The position numbers were made by a program, and so were the translations under genes. 64,000 nucleotides of DNA, from contig NIVC01000143.1 in the NCBI GenBank assembly GCA_002269645.1, forward strand, positions 248,001 through 312,000, in the 5' to 3' direction. The DNA is from Macrostomum lignano (taxonomy: Eukaryota). The notes beneath the pieces were generated by a model. It did not search any database, was not told the origin of the DNA, and was given only the letters and a program-made list of their open reading frames with translations. Below, piece by piece: positions 60,100 through 64,000 of this stretch (its first letter is position 1; the number at the start of each line of letters is the position of its first letter).

Positions 60100-63000
60100 G
60101 CTGCAGCCCGGCGGCTACCAGGTTCTCCTCGACGAACTCGCGGATTCGGGCCAGCCTACGCTCCAGCTGTGCCGAGTAGGTGCCGATGTCGAAGTGCCGC
60201 TCGCTGCTCTGAAATGCGGCGGGAGCTGCGGGTCGCGGCCGGTCATCACCGTCAGTGGCGCCACCTTGGTTGAGCTGTGGACCCTGGAGTTATAGGACAG
60301 GACCACCAGCGGCAGCTGCTCCTACCAGCTGGACTCGGTCTCGGTGAACAGCCGCAGCAGCTGCAGCAGCGACTTGTTGCCGAGCTGCACCAGTCCATTT
60401 CCCTGCGGATGGTACGGCGTGGTGCGCGTCTTCTTGATGCCCAGTGCTCGCAGCGTCTCCTTGAACAGCTCGCTCCCGAAGTTCGCGCCCTGGTCCGAGT
60501 GGAGGACGGACGAGACTCCGAGCAGGGAGAAGACTTTCACTGCAGCGTCCGCGATGGTCTTGGCCGTCTGATCTGGCATCGGCACGGCGGTCAGGAACTT
60601 GGAGAACTGGTCCTGCATCACCAGCAGGTAGCCGTTGCCTCGCTCGGATGTCGGCACCTTCAGCACATCGATCTCCACCGCCTACCAGGGCTTGCCGATC
60701 GGCATCTCACCGAGTGGCGCTGCGGGCCGGAGCTGCGCCTTTTTCAGCTGGCAGGTCTGGCACTCCTGGCAGAAACTCACCGCGTCGCTCTGCAGCCCAG
60801 GCCAGTACACGGTCTGCTTCAGCGTGTGGTCCATTTTCTCCGGTCCAAAGTGGCCGCCGATGCCCTCGTAAAAGTCAGTGAGGAACTGGCGCCGCAGCGA
60901 CTCCGGAATCACGGGCACCTGAATCACGCGTCGTTGAAGGCGCGACAGAGAAGGCCGTCTTGAATCCGCAACTTCCGCCAGATGCGGCTGAGGTGTCACA
61001 GTCCGCTGTCGGATCATCTTGGCGGGGTCGTGCTGTCGTTCTCCGGTGCATCGATGACCAGCTTGAGCTTCGGATCAGCGCGCTGCGCCTGCCGCATCTC
61101 TCGGTTGGGCACCTGCGGCTGCAGCTCTGTTGCCGAGGCTCCAAGCGTCTCGCAATGGCCCTCGTGCATTCTCGACAGGCCGTCCGCCTCCACGTTGTCG
61201 ACGCCCTTTGTGTACTTGATGGTGAAGGTGAATTCCTGCAGCAACAACCGCCAGCGCCCGACCCTGCCGTGACTGTCCACTCGCTGGGAATTCAGAAACG
61301 TGAGCGGGCAGTGGTCGGTGAAGACCGTGAAGTGCCGACCGAGCAGGTAGTGGTGGTAAGTCTTCAGCGCGTGCAGGATCGCCAGGCACTCCTTCTCAAC
61401 AACTGAGTAGCCCTTCTCTGGGGCCGTGAGAGCTCTGCTGCAGTACTCGATCACCTGGTCACCTTGCTTGAGCACGATCCCGACTCCGGTGTTGCTGGCG
61501 TCCGTGTAGAGCTGGAACTCCTTGGAGAAATCCGGGTGGCCGATGATCGGCGGCTGCTGCAGGGCCTCTTTGAGCCGTCGAAATGCCGTGCTGCACTCGC
61601 CGGTCCACTCGAACTTCTCCGTCTTGCTGGTCAGTCTGTGCAGCGGCCCGGCGATGTCGGAGAAGCTCGGCACGTACTTCCTGTACTGGTTGCAGAGGCC
61701 CAGGAACTGCCGCACCTGTGTTGGGGACTGCGGCTCCGGCCACTCCTAAATGGCACGCACCTTCTCAGGACTCACCGTGGCACCCTTGGCCGAGAACACG
61801 GTGCCGAGGAACGTGACCTCCGACAGGCCCAGCTGGCACTTGCTGCCCCTGACTGTGAGCCCGGCGCCTCTGATCTTCTCAAACACTTCTCGCATGTGCT
61901 GGAGATGCTCGGCCTTCGACTTGAAGAAGCATAGCGTGTCATCCATGTAGGTGAAGGTTTGCTCGGCGCCTTTGAACACGCGGTTCAGCAGGATGGTGAA
62001 CGAGCTTGGGCCGCCGCAGACGCCCTGTGGCATCCTCTTGAACTGGTACAGCGGCATGCCGGGCCCGGCGCTGAAGGCCGTCTTCTGCCTGTCTTCTGGC
62101 TTCATCGGGATTTGAAAGTAGCCGCCGTTCAGGTCGATCACCGAAAAGATCTCGTTGCCAGCCAGCTTGTCCTTGACGAAGAGTCCATCTGCGGGATGCC
62201 CTGCGCCGACCGCACCGTCTTCTTGTTCAGCTCGCGGTAGTCGATCGTCAGCCGCAGGTCTCCGTTCTTCTTCCGCACGTACACCGGCGGCGCCACGTAC
62301 GGACTGTCCGACTCCTCGATGAAGTCATTGTCGAGCAGCTCCTTGATCAGCTTGTTCACCTCGGGCTCCCAGTGCACCGGCAGCTTCCTTGTAGGGATCC
62401 GCACCAGGACATCGTCGATCAGGGTGATGCTGTGCTGTGCTCGTGGCGATCTGTCAGCCCCGGCCGCCTTGAGAAGATTTCGCTGAACTCGTGCACCAGG
62501 GCTCGGATGTCTGGATCCTTTACGACGGGCAGGCCGACCTCTTCCGTGCTGAAATCCGGCACCATCTTCTCTTCGAGGTCCTCGAGCTGGCTGTCAGCGT
62601 CGAGGTGGCTCACGCCGTCCATCGCGCACGAGCTCCTTGGTGGTGCCTCTGCGCAGTCGCTGAAGTCCAGGCAAATGTTGCAGGCCTTAAAGAAGTCCAG
62701 CCCGATTATGACGGCGGCTACCAGGCCTTCCGACACGTAGAATGGATGCCGCCGCTCGATGCCGCCGAGCGACACCGCCAGGCTGGCAACCTGCCGCACC
62801 GGCACCGCCTGCTGATTGACTGCCCGCAGCTCCAGGTGCACGCTCTCCAGCTGAACTGGCTGCATGCTTTGCAGGACCCGCTTGTCCACGATTGACACCT
62901 GGCTGCCAGAGTCGATCAGCGCCGTGACGTCCGCACCTCCGATCTTGCACTGCAACTTGGATGTCGACGGGTTCGGCCTGATGACGACAGCTGCTGCGCT

Positions 63001-64000
63001 GCTGCTGGCTGCGCCTGCACCGCCGCCCTCTGCGCCCCGGAACAGTCCGCTCACGCTGTGGCCCGCGCTCAGAACTGGCCAGGGGTGCGGGCTCCGCCCC
63101 GGCTTGTGCCGTTTCCCGACGGCTGCTTGCAGTTCCTGGCGATGTGGCCGCGGCGGTTGCAGTTCCAGCAGGTCACCTCGCGCCGTCTCCTCACACTGCG
63201 AACCGCGCAGGAGTCCAAAGCCTCTGAGCCCAGCTTCGCCACCAGATCTTGGCGAAGCGAGCTGACCGCAGCCCTTAGATCTGCCGTCTCGGCGCTGCCG
63301 CACGCAGTTCCGGCTGCCGCCGCGAGAGGCTGCCGGCTTCCATCCGTGGTGGCAGAAGGCAGCTCCAGCAGCAGTTGTGCCCGCGCAAGAGCGTCACTCG
63401 CCGTCTTGACTGTCGCATCGGCTCTGATCTGCCTGCTGACATCCGCCGGCAGTCCGCGGATGAAGTGATGGGTCAGCATGGTGTCCGTGGCATCCTTGTT
63501 GCAGATGCCAGCGTCCTTGAGCAGCTGCTTCAGGTGGTATAGGAACAGCCGGGGAGGTTCACCAGGCAGCAGCTTCCGGCTCCCGAATGCCTCCAGCGCT
63601 GAGAAGTGCTGGCTGTCTGGGTGGAAGGCCTTGGTTAATGCTTTGGTCACCTGACTGTAGTCGCTCTTGTCCTTGTCGCCGAGCTCAAGGAAGACCACCA
63701 GAGCCTCGCCATCCAGAAACGTTGGCAGATGCAAGTGTTTGTCGTTTATCCACTTGTTGGCTGCCGCACACAGCTCAAACCGCTGCAGCCATTCACTAAA
63801 GTTGCCAGAGCTAAAAGTTCTCGGAATTGCGCGGTGGCTGCCCTCTGCCATTCTGAGCTCTGCTACCACTTGTAACGCGCGGTATTTGGCAGTGTAGAAA
63901 AATCAACGAAGACCCCGTGGGGCAGTGATGGCTATATTTATGCGACTCAACAATGTACATACTGAGAGCGAACGTACATTACGAGCTACAATTATTCAGC
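60100..64000 (-). mobile_element. Ty3/Gypsy LTR retrotransposon, frameshifted, 3' LTR not seen, 5' LTR starts at 63871 and runs off the window
   Basis: PBS TGGTAGCAGAGC (63868-63857); gag with CWNCNRRGHIARNC; LIDSGSQ; YMDD; YTDAS/EKECLA; INT HHCC and HSDQG. Order PR-RT-RH-INT. Confidence 0.92.

Noticed and set aside
59934-60100. 3' LTR of the terminal Gypsy element
   Set aside because: It does not match the 5' LTR sequence starting at 63871, and no PPT is seen; treated as truncated.

Overview
Eukaryotic (animal) genomic DNA, mostly nested transposon debris. The short GT-AG introns and the gene types suggest an invertebrate such as the flatworm Macrostomum; this is inference only. Two paralogous Mab-21/cGAS-like receptor (cGLR-type nucleotidyltransferase) genes lie on the minus strand about 56 kb apart, at ~1.4-8 kb and ~57.3-59.8 kb, both with intact catalytic motifs. 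Main result: the 3-kb ankyrin-repeat ORF at 13.2-16.3 kb probably does not end at its apparent stop, because that TGA lies inside a perfect GTGAGT splice donor. The splice phases join it in frame, through a 54-nt micro-exon conserved in both paralogs, to the NTase exons. This predicts a ~1685-aa protein: possible N-myristoylation signal, 23 near-identical 33-aa ankyrin-like repeats with a variable surface patch, 3 canonical ANK repeats, a cGAS-like NTase, and a helical C-terminal region. The fusion is inferred from splice signals and needs transcript evidence. The rest of the window holds a P-element/THAP9-like transposon containing a mini-MITE containing a solo LTR (all in one cGLR intron), a tRNA-SINE, a foldback element, several Ty3/Gypsy elements (two with both LTRs and TSDs), BEL/Pao remnants, several LINE pieces (one with a degenerate 2A-like motif and a PHD finger), a Harbinger-type MITE and four minisatellites.
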